Of a stretch of 35,705 bases of DNA, positions 24,607-32,209 are shown in pieces. Each line of letters starts with the position of its first letter. Positions within the stretch are counted from its first letter, which is position 1. The translations under genes were made by a program, and so were the position numbers. Origin of the DNA: an uncultured bacterium. Its GTDB lineage: Bacteria > SAR324 > NAC60-12. The notes below the pieces were generated by a model that was not told the origin of the DNA, ran no database searches, and worked only from the letters and a program-made list of their open reading frames with translations. The DNA lies in contig CBFIJD010000032.1 in the NCBI GenBank assembly GCA_965662845.1, positions 1 to 35,705 of the forward strand, given 5' to 3'.

Positions 24607-25794
24607 ATGCGTCACAGCGTTTGGTGGATAGTCTGTGTGCTTTGGGCTGCAGCCTGTACAACGACGACGCAGTCCCCTTCTTCAGGCTGGCGGCCTCTTT
24701 CCTCGGAAGAAGTCTCACAAATCCCTCTTGAAACCGAACCCGACCTCGCAGCGTTGCGGCGCGCCGTTCGCTACTCGATTGAGTATTACGAGCGCCTGCC
24801 TGTGGACCGCAGCTTCACTTATGGCGAAGTGGAATACACCGCAGCCGAAATGATCGCCTCTCATCGTCATTTTCTCAAGCTCTTAGACTTGCCGGCCTCG
24901 GCACGAGAGCAGCGGTTGCGGTCCGACTTCGTCTGGTGGGAAACGCGCAATGAGAGCGGACGCGCCTTCTTCACTGGATATTATGAGCCGCTGTTGCGAG
25001 GGAGTTTAGAGCCGAGCGCTGAGTTTCCCACTCCGCTGTATCCAGTTCCAGAGGACTTGCTGGTTGTTCGGTTGAGTCAATTTGATGACGCCCTCTCCGG
25101 CGTGATCCGGGGGAAAGCTCAAGGGAACCGCTTGGTTCCTTATGACGATCGCAACGCCATCGCCTATGAGAACTCGTTGAGCGAGAGAGCCAAGCCGTTG
25201 GTTTGGCTAGAGAACGACATCGAACTGTTTTTCCTGCAGATTCAAGGCTCCGGCGTGATTGAGCTGCGAGATGGTTCGTTGTTTCGGGTGAATTACGCGG
25301 AGCAAAACGGACATCCTTATCGGGCAATTGGCGAAATTTTGCTGGATAAAATTCCCCGAGAGCAGATGTCGCTCGCCTCTTTGAAGAGCTACCTCTACGA
25401 AAATCCGAATGAAGTCCGAGAGATCTTGAATTACAATCCGAGCTACACGTTTTTTCGCCCTATTCAGGGGGAAGGGCCGCTTGGGAATATCGAAGTGCCT
25501 TTGACACCAGAGCGCTCCATTGCAATGGACCACCGCTTGTTGCCCAAGGGCGGGCTCGTTTTTTACGAGACAACCCTGCCTGCAGAAGTCGACGCGCGCA
25601 CGCCCAGCTTGCGCCGATTTGCGCTCATACAAGACACAGGTGGGGCGATCCGCGGTCATGGTCGCGCTGATATTTTTTGGGGTCGTGGTGAGCCAGCAGC
25701 CCGAATTGCTGGTCCAATGAAGCAGCCCGGTACAATTTATGTGTTCGTGGCCCGCAAGGAGGTGCTGGCCGCAGAACCAATCGCGCTGCGTTAA
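24607..25794 (+). CDS. mltA: Membrane-bound lytic murein transglycosylase A (lipoprotein)
   Basis: Lipobox (VLWAAAC), FTGYYEP, FFLQIQGSG, NPSYTFF and the 3D-domain motif QDTGGAIRG.GRADIFWG. Confidence 0.93.
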   Translation: MRHSVWWIVCVLWAAACTTTTQSPSSGWRPLSSEEVSQIPLETEPDLAALRRAVRYSIEYYERLPVDRSFTYGEVEYTAAEMIASHRHFLKLLDLPASAREQRLRSDFVWWETRNESGRAFFTGYYEPLLRGSLEPSAEFPTPLYPVPEDLLVVRLSQFDDALSGVIRGKAQGNRLVPYDDRNAIAYENSLSERAKPLVWLENDIELFFLQIQGSGVIELRDGSLFRVNYAEQNGHPYRAIGEILLDKIPREQMSLASLKSYLYENPNEVREILNYNPSYTFFRPIQGEGPLGNIEVPLTPERSIAMDHRLLPKGGLVFYETTLPAEVDARTPSLRRFALIQDTGGAIRGHGRADIFWGRGEPAARIAGPMKQPGTIYVFVARKEVLAAEPIALR

Positions 25795-25815
25795 TTTTTT
25801 TAGGGAGGAGCATTC

Positions 25816-26277
25816 ATGGTCAACTCACAGGAAGCACCGCAGCTGGAACCAGTGGTCCAGACGCTGTTTTCGAAGGTGCAACAAAATCTGGACTCAGCGC
25901 TGCGCATTTTAGAAGCGATTCGCAATGAGCAGTGCGCTCACATCAAATCTTCGCTAGGAAGCGCGTCCAACTGGACGCAGTCGCCGACTTCTACCGTGAA
26001 GCAACCGCAGCTGATGCTCACGGCGTTGATGCGGCAGTCTGGGGACAACTTTCGGGCGTTTATGGAGGCCCAACGCCGCAACTATCTGATGATGGAGCTC
26101 TCTTGGCGCTTGCCGATGTTCTGCATGCTCACACCAGAAGAATTCATCCGCGAGATTCGCCACTTGTTGCCGTACGAAGAAGAGCAGATTGTCACCGTTC
26201 TTCGTGAACTAGAGGCTCGGTTAGACAGTCAATCCAACCCGCCGCCAGCGGCGTCCTCACATCAACTGCCCAACTAG
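25816..26277 (+). CDS. Hypothetical protein (153 aa)
   Basis: Strong GGAGGAG RBS and ATG. Helical, with no motif recognised. Confidence 0.75.
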   Translation: MVNSQEAPQLEPVVQTLFSKVQQNLDSALRILEAIRNEQCAHIKSSLGSASNWTQSPTSTVKQPQLMLTALMRQSGDNFRAFMEAQRRNYLMMELSWRLPMFCMLTPEEFIREIRHLLPYEEEQIVTVLRELEARLDSQSNPPPAASSHQLPN

Positions 26278-26418
26278 ACCAACCCAGCCTCCGAGGTCGC
26301 CGACAGCCGCTTGCGGCATCGCGTAGACCTCGTGGGACTGTAACAATTGCAGTTTCCCTCCTTCGTTGCTAGTTTTCTGACGATTCCACACTTTTCCACT
26401 CCTTGAACCACGAATGTC

Positions 26419-28734
26419 ATGCCTCGATCTGTCATTTTTCGGCGCGCTGTCCGCGCGACTTCTCGGCGCCGTGTGCGTCGCCCGTTGCGTATGGTCACGA
26501 CGTTTCTTGTGTTGCTATGGATGACTGGGTGCACAGCGGTGGTCCCTCCGCGTGTTGTCAAAACAGAGCATCGTTTAGAGATTTTTCCGCAAGACGAGCT
26601 GCCGCTAGAAGAGGACGTCTCGATCTACTGGAACAAGCAACAAGTCCCGTTCATTGAAGCTCAAACCGACCGAGACCTCGCGTTCACATTGGGGATGGTG
26701 CATGGGCACTTACGAAGTGGACAGATCGCGTTTTTGAAGCGCATCTCTCAAGGCCGCATCTCGGAAATGGCAGGGCCTTTCACGACAGAGATCGACAAAG
26801 CGCTACGGACGTTAGACTTTGGCTACGCTGCTGCGGAGATCGTGCAGAAGATGGATCCAGAGACAAAGGCTTGGATGCAGGCGTTTGTGGAAGGTTTGAA
26901 CTATTACCATGAGCGGGTGAAGCCGCTGCCGCACGAGTGGGCGTTGTTGGGCGTGCAATATGAGCCATATACACTGGAAGACCTGGTGACGATTGGCCGC
27001 CTTGCCGGGACAGACGTCAACTGGTTGGTCTACTTCTCTCTGCTGAAAGAGCGCACAGGAGAAAATTGGGAAGAAATCTGGGAACAAACGCTCAAAGTCG
27101 GCACGTCGTCTCTGCCAAGTTTTGAGGCGGATCAAGACCGCTTGGCTCAGCTGGGGAATTTGCTTCAGGGGCTGAGCCGCTCGGGCAGCAACTCGATTGT
27201 GGTGGGACCACAGAAAACAAACGGCCCCGCGATGATCGCGAATGATCCGCACTTGGGCATCTCAATCCCGAACTTCTGGGTGCTCGCTGGCTACAAGTCA
27301 CCGTCGTATCATGTGGTGGGAATGATGGTCCCCGGCTTGCCGTTTGCGGGGTTAGGGCGAAATCCTGACTTAGCGTGGGGGGGGACCAACATGCGCTCGG
27401 CGAGCAGCGATTTGTATGACGTCAGCCAGCTGCCCCGCGAGCAAATTCAAAGTACGGAAGAAACCCTGCAAGTGCGCTGGTGGTTGGATGAGACCTTCAC
27501 CGTACGCCGTACGCCGTATGGCCCCATCTTGTCAGATGTCGATTTGATCCCCAAACGCGAAGGCGAAGAGTTAGCCCTGCGCTGGGTCGGACACAGCGCG
27601 ACAGACGAAATCTCCGCTTTCCTCGCGGCAAATCGCGCGAAGACGCCCGCCGAGTTCCGGGCCGCATTTGAGACCTATGGGGTGTCAGGACAAAACATGC
27701 TCTTCGCAGACAAAGCCGGAAATATTGGCATGGTGCTCGCGGTGGAGCTGCCCAAGCGCCAATATGCCGCTCCGTCAGCGCTGGTGTTAGATCCTTCCAA
27801 TCCACAACATGCGTGGCAAGGAACCTTGCGCTCCACTGAATTGCCATGGCAGCTGAACCCCGAAGCTGGATTCATTGCGTCTGCCAACAATCTGCCCGTC
27901 GAGAGTGACCCGCCGATCAACTACTTTTTTGGGCAATCCGAGCGGATTGAGCGTCTGCAACATCTCTTAACAAAAGCCGAGCGCATCGACATGGAGTGGC
28001 TGCGTCAGGTGCAGCAGGACGTGTATTCGCCCTCGTCGCATCGGCTCGCGCAGCGTTGGGTGCAGATGATCCAGCAGCTGGAGCTGTCATCCGCACAACC
28101 CCAAGTGTTCGCCGCGTTGCAAGCGTGGAACGGAGAGTACAACGTCGAACAGCAGGGCCCTGTGGTTTTTGAGCTGCTGACTCACTATCTGCGCGAAGGA
28201 CTCTTTGCCGAGCAACCCTCAAAGCGGGATTCGGGTAGCTATCAACGCTGGAATTACGTCAGTCAGTTCATGGCAGAGGACATCGCGCAGCTCACAGATG
28301 CCGAGCAGCGGTTGTTATTCATGAACGCGCTGGAGCAGACCGAGACGCAGCGACCGCAATTCCCCAACTGGGGCGCGATGCATCGTCTGCCGATTAAGCA
28401 TGTGCTGGGAAATTTGCCGCTCGTCGGTGGGAATTTTCGATTTGATGACTTGCCTGCGGCGGGTTCCCGCGAGACGGTCATGAAGACCGATCACTCCTTG
28501 GGTAACGCGATGAACAATACAGGCTACGGTTCGCAGTCCCGTCACATCTCGATTATGAATGATCCTGATGAAAACTATTTTGTGCTGCTGGGCGGGCAAG
28601 ATGGCTGGCTGGGGAGTCAGAACATGACGGATCAGGTGCGGCTGTGGCAGCGAGGCGATTACTTGCGGCTGCCGCTGAGAATGGAGACCGTGCGTCGAGA
28701 GTTTCCAGTGCAGATGAGCTTAAAGAAGCGCTGA
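26419..28734 (+). CDS. Penicillin acylase family Ntn-hydrolase, probable lipoprotein (alternative start 26491)
   Basis: Lipobox LLWMTGC, VPFIEAQTDRDLAFTLGMVH, beta-chain nucleophile GSNS...ANDPHL, GLPF...GRN..LAWGGTN and FIASANN. Confidence 0.92.
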   Translation: MPRSVIFRRAVRATSRRRVRRPLRMVTTFLVLLWMTGCTAVVPPRVVKTEHRLEIFPQDELPLEEDVSIYWNKQQVPFIEAQTDRDLAFTLGMVHGHLRSGQIAFLKRISQGRISEMAGPFTTEIDKALRTLDFGYAAAEIVQKMDPETKAWMQAFVEGLNYYHERVKPLPHEWALLGVQYEPYTLEDLVTIGRLAGTDVNWLVYFSLLKERTGENWEEIWEQTLKVGTSSLPSFEADQDRLAQLGNLLQGLSRSGSNSIVVGPQKTNGPAMIANDPHLGISIPNFWVLAGYKSPSYHVVGMMVPGLPFAGLGRNPDLAWGGTNMRSASSDLYDVSQLPREQIQSTEETLQVRWWLDETFTVRRTPYGPILSDVDLIPKREGEELALRWVGHSATDEISAFLAANRAKTPAEFRAAFETYGVSGQNMLFADKAGNIGMVLAVELPKRQYAAPSALVLDPSNPQHAWQGTLRSTELPWQLNPEAGFIASANNLPVESDPPINYFFGQSERIERLQHLLTKAERIDMEWLRQVQQDVYSPSSHRLAQRWVQMIQQLELSSAQPQVFAALQAWNGEYNVEQQGPVVFELLTHYLREGLFAEQPSKRDSGSYQRWNYVSQFMAEDIAQLTDAEQRLLFMNALEQTETQRPQFPNWGAMHRLPIKHVLGNLPLVGGNFRFDDLPAAGSRETVMKTDHSLGNAMNNTGYGSQSRHISIMNDPDENYFVLLGGQDGWLGSQNMTDQVRLWQRGDYLRLPLRMETVRREFPVQMSLKKR

Positions 28735-28742
28735 AGGGAGAA

Positions 28743-28765
28743 GCGCCCCACTCAAGGCGGGGCGT
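28743..28765. terminator. Hairpin between the convergent acylase and fasciclin genes
   Basis: GCGCCCC-N9-GGGGCGT stem in a 43-bp convergent gap. Confidence 0.5.
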
Positions 28766-28777
28766 GACGCATCTCGT

Positions 28778-29269
28778 TTAGCTTTGGGGCAAAATCACGG
28801 CGTCAATCACGTGGATCACACCGTTGCTGGCTTCGATGTCAGCAGCGACGACGTTCGCGTTGTCAACGGTCACTTTGCCGTAAGCAGAGCGCAAGACGAC
28901 CTGTTGGCCGTTCACGGTGTCAGCTCTTTGTCCGGCCTTGATGTCATTTGCCATCACTTTGCCGGGGACGACGTGATACGTCAGCACGGCGATGAGTTGA
29001 TCTTTGTTTTCGGGCTTCAACAGATTTTCTACCGTGCCAGCGGGCAACTTGGCGAACGCCTCATCTGTTGGAGCAAAAACAGTGAACGGTCCTTTTCCTG
29101 CCAATGTCTCCACCAAACCCGCAGCTTTCACGGCAGCAACGAGCGTCTGAAACGAGTCGTTCTCGACCGCAATGTCTACGATGTTCTTCTCTTTCATGCT
29201 GTGTCCCATCCCAAACAACGGCGCGTTGAGAGCGAGCAGCGCAAGCAGAATCATCATGAGCTTTTTCAT
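28778..29269 (-). CDS. Fasciclin (FAS1) domain secreted protein
   Basis: Signal peptide, [38 protein letters not shown] and [18 protein letters not shown]. Confidence 0.95.
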   Translation of the reverse strand: MKKLMMILLALLALNAPLFGMGHSMKEKNIVDIAVENDSFQTLVAAVKAAGLVETLAGKGPFTVFAPTDEAFAKLPAGTVENLLKPENKDQLIAVLTYHVVPGKVMANDIKAGQRADTVNGQQVVLRSAYGKVTVDNANVVAADIEASNGVIHVIDAVILPQS

Positions 29270-29365
29270 AGGTACCTTAAAGTGAGAGTGAGTCGATTGT
29301 GAAAGAAGACCAAAATAATCTTCAATTGAGCCACTCCCAAAAGCGTACCACGGAAGTGATTTCCT

Positions 29366-29378
29366 TAAGATTCTGATT
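29366..29378 (-). promoter_or_regulatory. IHF consensus site upstream of the fasciclin gene
   Basis: Minus strand AATCAG-AATC-TTA matches WATCAR-N4-TTR exactly and is preceded by an A-rich tract. Confidence 0.45.
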
Positions 29379-29472
29379 TTATTAGTTTAATTTTGATTTA
29401 ATAGGCGTGACAACGAATTTTAGTGATGTAGTTGTTTTTTTGTGAGGATGCCGTCAAAAAAAGCCAGAGTGG

Positions 29473-29805
29473 TTAGGGAACGCGGAGCGGGAGAGCTTCG
29501 AAATAAACGATGGTGTTCTGCTGTTGGGGACGAAAATGCAGGTCAGAGAGAGCGCGCATCAAGTCGGCTTGATCTGCTTTCGCAGCGGCCTGCACGCAGA
29601 AACGCACAGACTGCCAGGCGAGGGCGGTTGCGTAGGGGGTGCGCATCTTCAAGGCATAATAGGTCAAGCGCTCGATGTGTCCCGCCGCGTTCACGAATTG
29701 GCTCGCGGTATAGGTGGTGAACCGCAGTTGATTCTTCCCAGAGAAGTGCTGAGCGACATAGTCGCAGAGACTCTGGAGCGTTTGTGCGCGCAGTTGGGAG
29801 TTCAT
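29473..29805 (-). CDS. Hypothetical protein (110 aa)
   Basis: ATG lies 10 bp after the upstream ORF stop on the same strand. No motif recognised. Confidence 0.5.
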   Translation of the reverse strand: MNSQLRAQTLQSLCDYVAQHFSGKNQLRFTTYTASQFVNAAGHIERLTYYALKMRTPYATALAWQSVRFCVQAAAKADQADLMRALSDLHFRPQQQNTIVYFEALPLRVP

Positions 29806-29815
29806 GGGGATTTGC

Positions 29816-30103
29816 TCAGCAACCGACTTTGCGCAACGAGATCGTGCGCAGCTGTCCTACCTGTAGTTGGGCCTCGCAGGGGAGGTTGACCCGCAGGAGC
29901 AAGACGGGTGGCCGCGTGCGCTTTTGACCTTCTTTGAGCCAGAAGGCTCTGCCGAAGCTGTCTTCCACAAGAGCCCAGCGTTTGCCCTGAGAGTCTTGCC
30001 GAACGTCTTGTAGTGTGAAAGCGTATTGAGCCTCGGTCGCAAACAAGAGGGTGCTCCCCAGCAAAAGGAGCAGCGCCCACAACAGAGAAAAGCCGCGAAT
30101 CAT
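29816..30103 (-). CDS. Small exported protein, PilP/GspC-HR-like domain (95 aa)
   Basis: Signal peptide MIRGFSLLWALLLLLGSTLLFA. WALVEDSFGRAFWLKEGQ resembles the PilP 'ALV...DG..[YH].V..G' beta motif. Confidence 0.5.
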   Translation of the reverse strand: MIRGFSLLWALLLLLGSTLLFATEAQYAFTLQDVRQDSQGKRWALVEDSFGRAFWLKEGQKRTRPPVLLLRVNLPCEAQLQVGQLRTISLRKVGC

Positions 30104-30238
30104 AAGCACTCTGCGCGAAGGTTGGAAAGTCAGATTGTTGCGAAAGAAAATGCAAAGCGGAGCAAATAGGATACCGAAGCTAGCAGGCACAGGCAACGAC
30201 AACCTCAGAACTCTTCTTTTTCACTGAAATCATTACTG

Positions 30239-31075
30239 ATGCGTATGCAACACATTCAAGGATTGATCGTCGATTGGGACGGAACCGTGATTGACTACGG
30301 CAGCCAAGCCGCGGTGAGAACCCAACTGGAAGCGATTCGACGCTTTGGGCTCGCGGTCTCTGAGTGCGAAGTCCGACAAACCATGGGCTTGCCTCTGAAA
30401 GAGCACGCTCGCGCAACGCTGCATCTCCCTGACGTGTTACAGCGCTTTGTAGATCAATTTGATCGCCCTCCTTGCGACGCCGATGTGGACGAAATTTACG
30501 CGACGGTGGAGGTTCTGTTGCGGGATCATTTGAGCGAATATGCGGATGTGATCCCCGGGGTCTTGGAGTTTCAAAGAGAGATCCGACAGCGCAGGATTCG
30601 TATCGGGTCCACGAGTAGCTACAGTCAGCCGATGATGGAGCGTTTGATTCCCATGGTGCATGCGAATGGTTTTGCGCCCGATTATCTGGTCACGCCAGAC
30701 CATGTGCCCGCAGGGCGCCCTGCTCCTTGGATGTGCTATCTCAACGCGATGCAGCTGAACGTGTATCCGCTGTCCAGGCTGGTCAAGATTGGCGACACCG
30801 TGATGGACATGCAGGAAGGTCGCAACGCGGGCATGTGGACCATCGGCGTGATTCGCAGCGGCAACGAGGTGGGGTTGACGCTAGATGGCGAAGCCGAGCT
30901 GCGCAACGCGGAACTGCGGACTCGCTGGACGGCTGCCCAAGAGCGGCTGCTCCGCGCGGGAGCACATTACACGATGAAACACTGGGGAGAAATTTGGGAA
31001 GTGTTAGACCAAATCGATGCGCGCATCGCGAAAGGTGAAGTGCCCCGAGAAGTCCCCCACGAGGGTCGTCTCTAA
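30239..31075 (+). CDS. Phosphonoacetaldehyde hydrolase (PhnX)-family HAD enzyme with a non-canonical active site
   Basis: PhnX-type motifs GTVIDYGS, GRPAPWMCY and VKIGDTVMDMQEGRNAGMWTIGV..SGNEVGL. However, motif I is DWDGT and the cap loop is MGLPLKEH. Confidence 0.85.
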   Translation: MRMQHIQGLIVDWDGTVIDYGSQAAVRTQLEAIRRFGLAVSECEVRQTMGLPLKEHARATLHLPDVLQRFVDQFDRPPCDADVDEIYATVEVLLRDHLSEYADVIPGVLEFQREIRQRRIRIGSTSSYSQPMMERLIPMVHANGFAPDYLVTPDHVPAGRPAPWMCYLNAMQLNVYPLSRLVKIGDTVMDMQEGRNAGMWTIGVIRSGNEVGLTLDGEAELRNAELRTRWTAAQERLLRAGAHYTMKHWGEIWEVLDQIDARIAKGEVPREVPHEGRL

Positions 31076-31130
31076 ATAGGAGCACGATTTTGTCACTGAC
31101 GGTAGGTCGGGTTCCTCATTGAGTTTTTTA

Positions 31131-31146
31131 CGGCACAGGGGTAGCA
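31131..31146 (+). promoter_or_regulatory. Possible sigma54 promoter for the USP gene
   Basis: CGGCACAGGGGTAGCA has GG-N10-GC spacing with two mismatches to consensus, about 75 bp upstream of the ATG. Confidence 0.35.
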
Positions 31147-31219
31147 ATGGCTTATGTCCGTCAAAACTCGGCAATGCCGCTGAGCAGGCTCCGGACAACT
31201 CAAACCCGCAGGAGGTTCG

Positions 31220-32071
31220 ATGGAAAAGCAAGCTCTCATCCCGCTTGATTTCAGCCCCGCGACGATTCCGATGATTCGGGTGGCGGATCAGTGGGCTCAA
31301 GAAAACGAAGCCAAGTTGCATTTTCTGTATGTAACTCACTCCATGATGCACACGGATGAAGCACATCGAAATGTCTCCGATTTTGTGAGCGAAGCGAATC
31401 CTCGTTCACCCATCGAAGTGCATGTGCGCATCGGAGAGCCCAAAGAGCAGATCCTCAACGAGGTGAACATCTTACGGCCCAGCCAAATGTTCATGCTTGG
31501 GCACATCCACTCGGATTTGGAGCGTGTCTTGGTCGGCTCCGTCACCGAGTCGGTGCTTCATCAAACGGATTGTTCGATGTATGTGCATCGAGACGAGGAG
31601 AAGTCTTGGGACAACTCTTTCATGGTCGCGGTTGGTCAGACGGATGTGAACAAACGAGTGGTGGAAGTGGCAGGTCAGTGGGCCATGCAACAGGGCGCCG
31701 CGCTGCATTTGGTGACGGTCTTACCGCCGCTGCAAATACCCTATGCGCCTGATGTTTCCGGGGCTGTCGCCCAAGAGACGCCAGAACAACTGGAGCAGCG
31801 AATTCGAGAGCGCCGCGATCTGTTGGAGCATTACGCGAAGATCCTGGTGCATGCCGATGTCCACACGGTCTGTTCGGTGGAGCTGAACGCTGCTGGATAT
31901 TTGGGGCTACAAAACTATCAAGAGCAACATCGTCAGCGCTTGCTCTTCATCGCAGCCCACAAGCACACAACGCTAGGGCGTCTGTTTTTAGGCAGCAACA
32001 CGGATTATCTGCTGCACAACCTCAACTGCCCGATGTTCATTTACAAAGACCCACCTGAGCCGCAGTCCTAG
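31220..32071 (+). CDS. Tandem-domain universal stress protein
   Basis: GGAGG RBS. ALIPLDFS, LERVLVGSVTESVL...CSMYV and LGRLFLGSNTDYLLHNLNCPMFI. Confidence 0.9.
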   Translation: MEKQALIPLDFSPATIPMIRVADQWAQENEAKLHFLYVTHSMMHTDEAHRNVSDFVSEANPRSPIEVHVRIGEPKEQILNEVNILRPSQMFMLGHIHSDLERVLVGSVTESVLHQTDCSMYVHRDEEKSWDNSFMVAVGQTDVNKRVVEVAGQWAMQQGAALHLVTVLPPLQIPYAPDVSGAVAQETPEQLEQRIRERRDLLEHYAKILVHADVHTVCSVELNAAGYLGLQNYQEQHRQRLLFIAAHKHTTLGRLFLGSNTDYLLHNLNCPMFIYKDPPEPQS

Positions 32072-32083
32072 TCTGTCCTGCAA

Positions 32084-32103
32084 GCCCCACTCCTGCGTGG
32101 GGC
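32084..32103. terminator. GC-rich hairpin after the USP gene
   Basis: Perfect 7-bp stem GCCCCAC-TCCTGC-GTGGGGC, 12 bp after the stop. No clear U-tract. Confidence 0.45.
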
Positions 32104-32209
32104 GCTCTCGCCCTAGGTTGTGATTTTGTGTTGAACAAAAAAAGCAACCGCCTACACTACAGCCTTTTGCACGCCCCACCTCGTTCCTGTTTTCTTCGCT
32201 GGTGAAGCC

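Noticed and set aside
29320..29355. Sigma54 promoter for the fasciclin gene (TGGTACGCTTTTGGG on the minus strand)
   Set aside because: The -12 position reads GG rather than the near-invariant GC.
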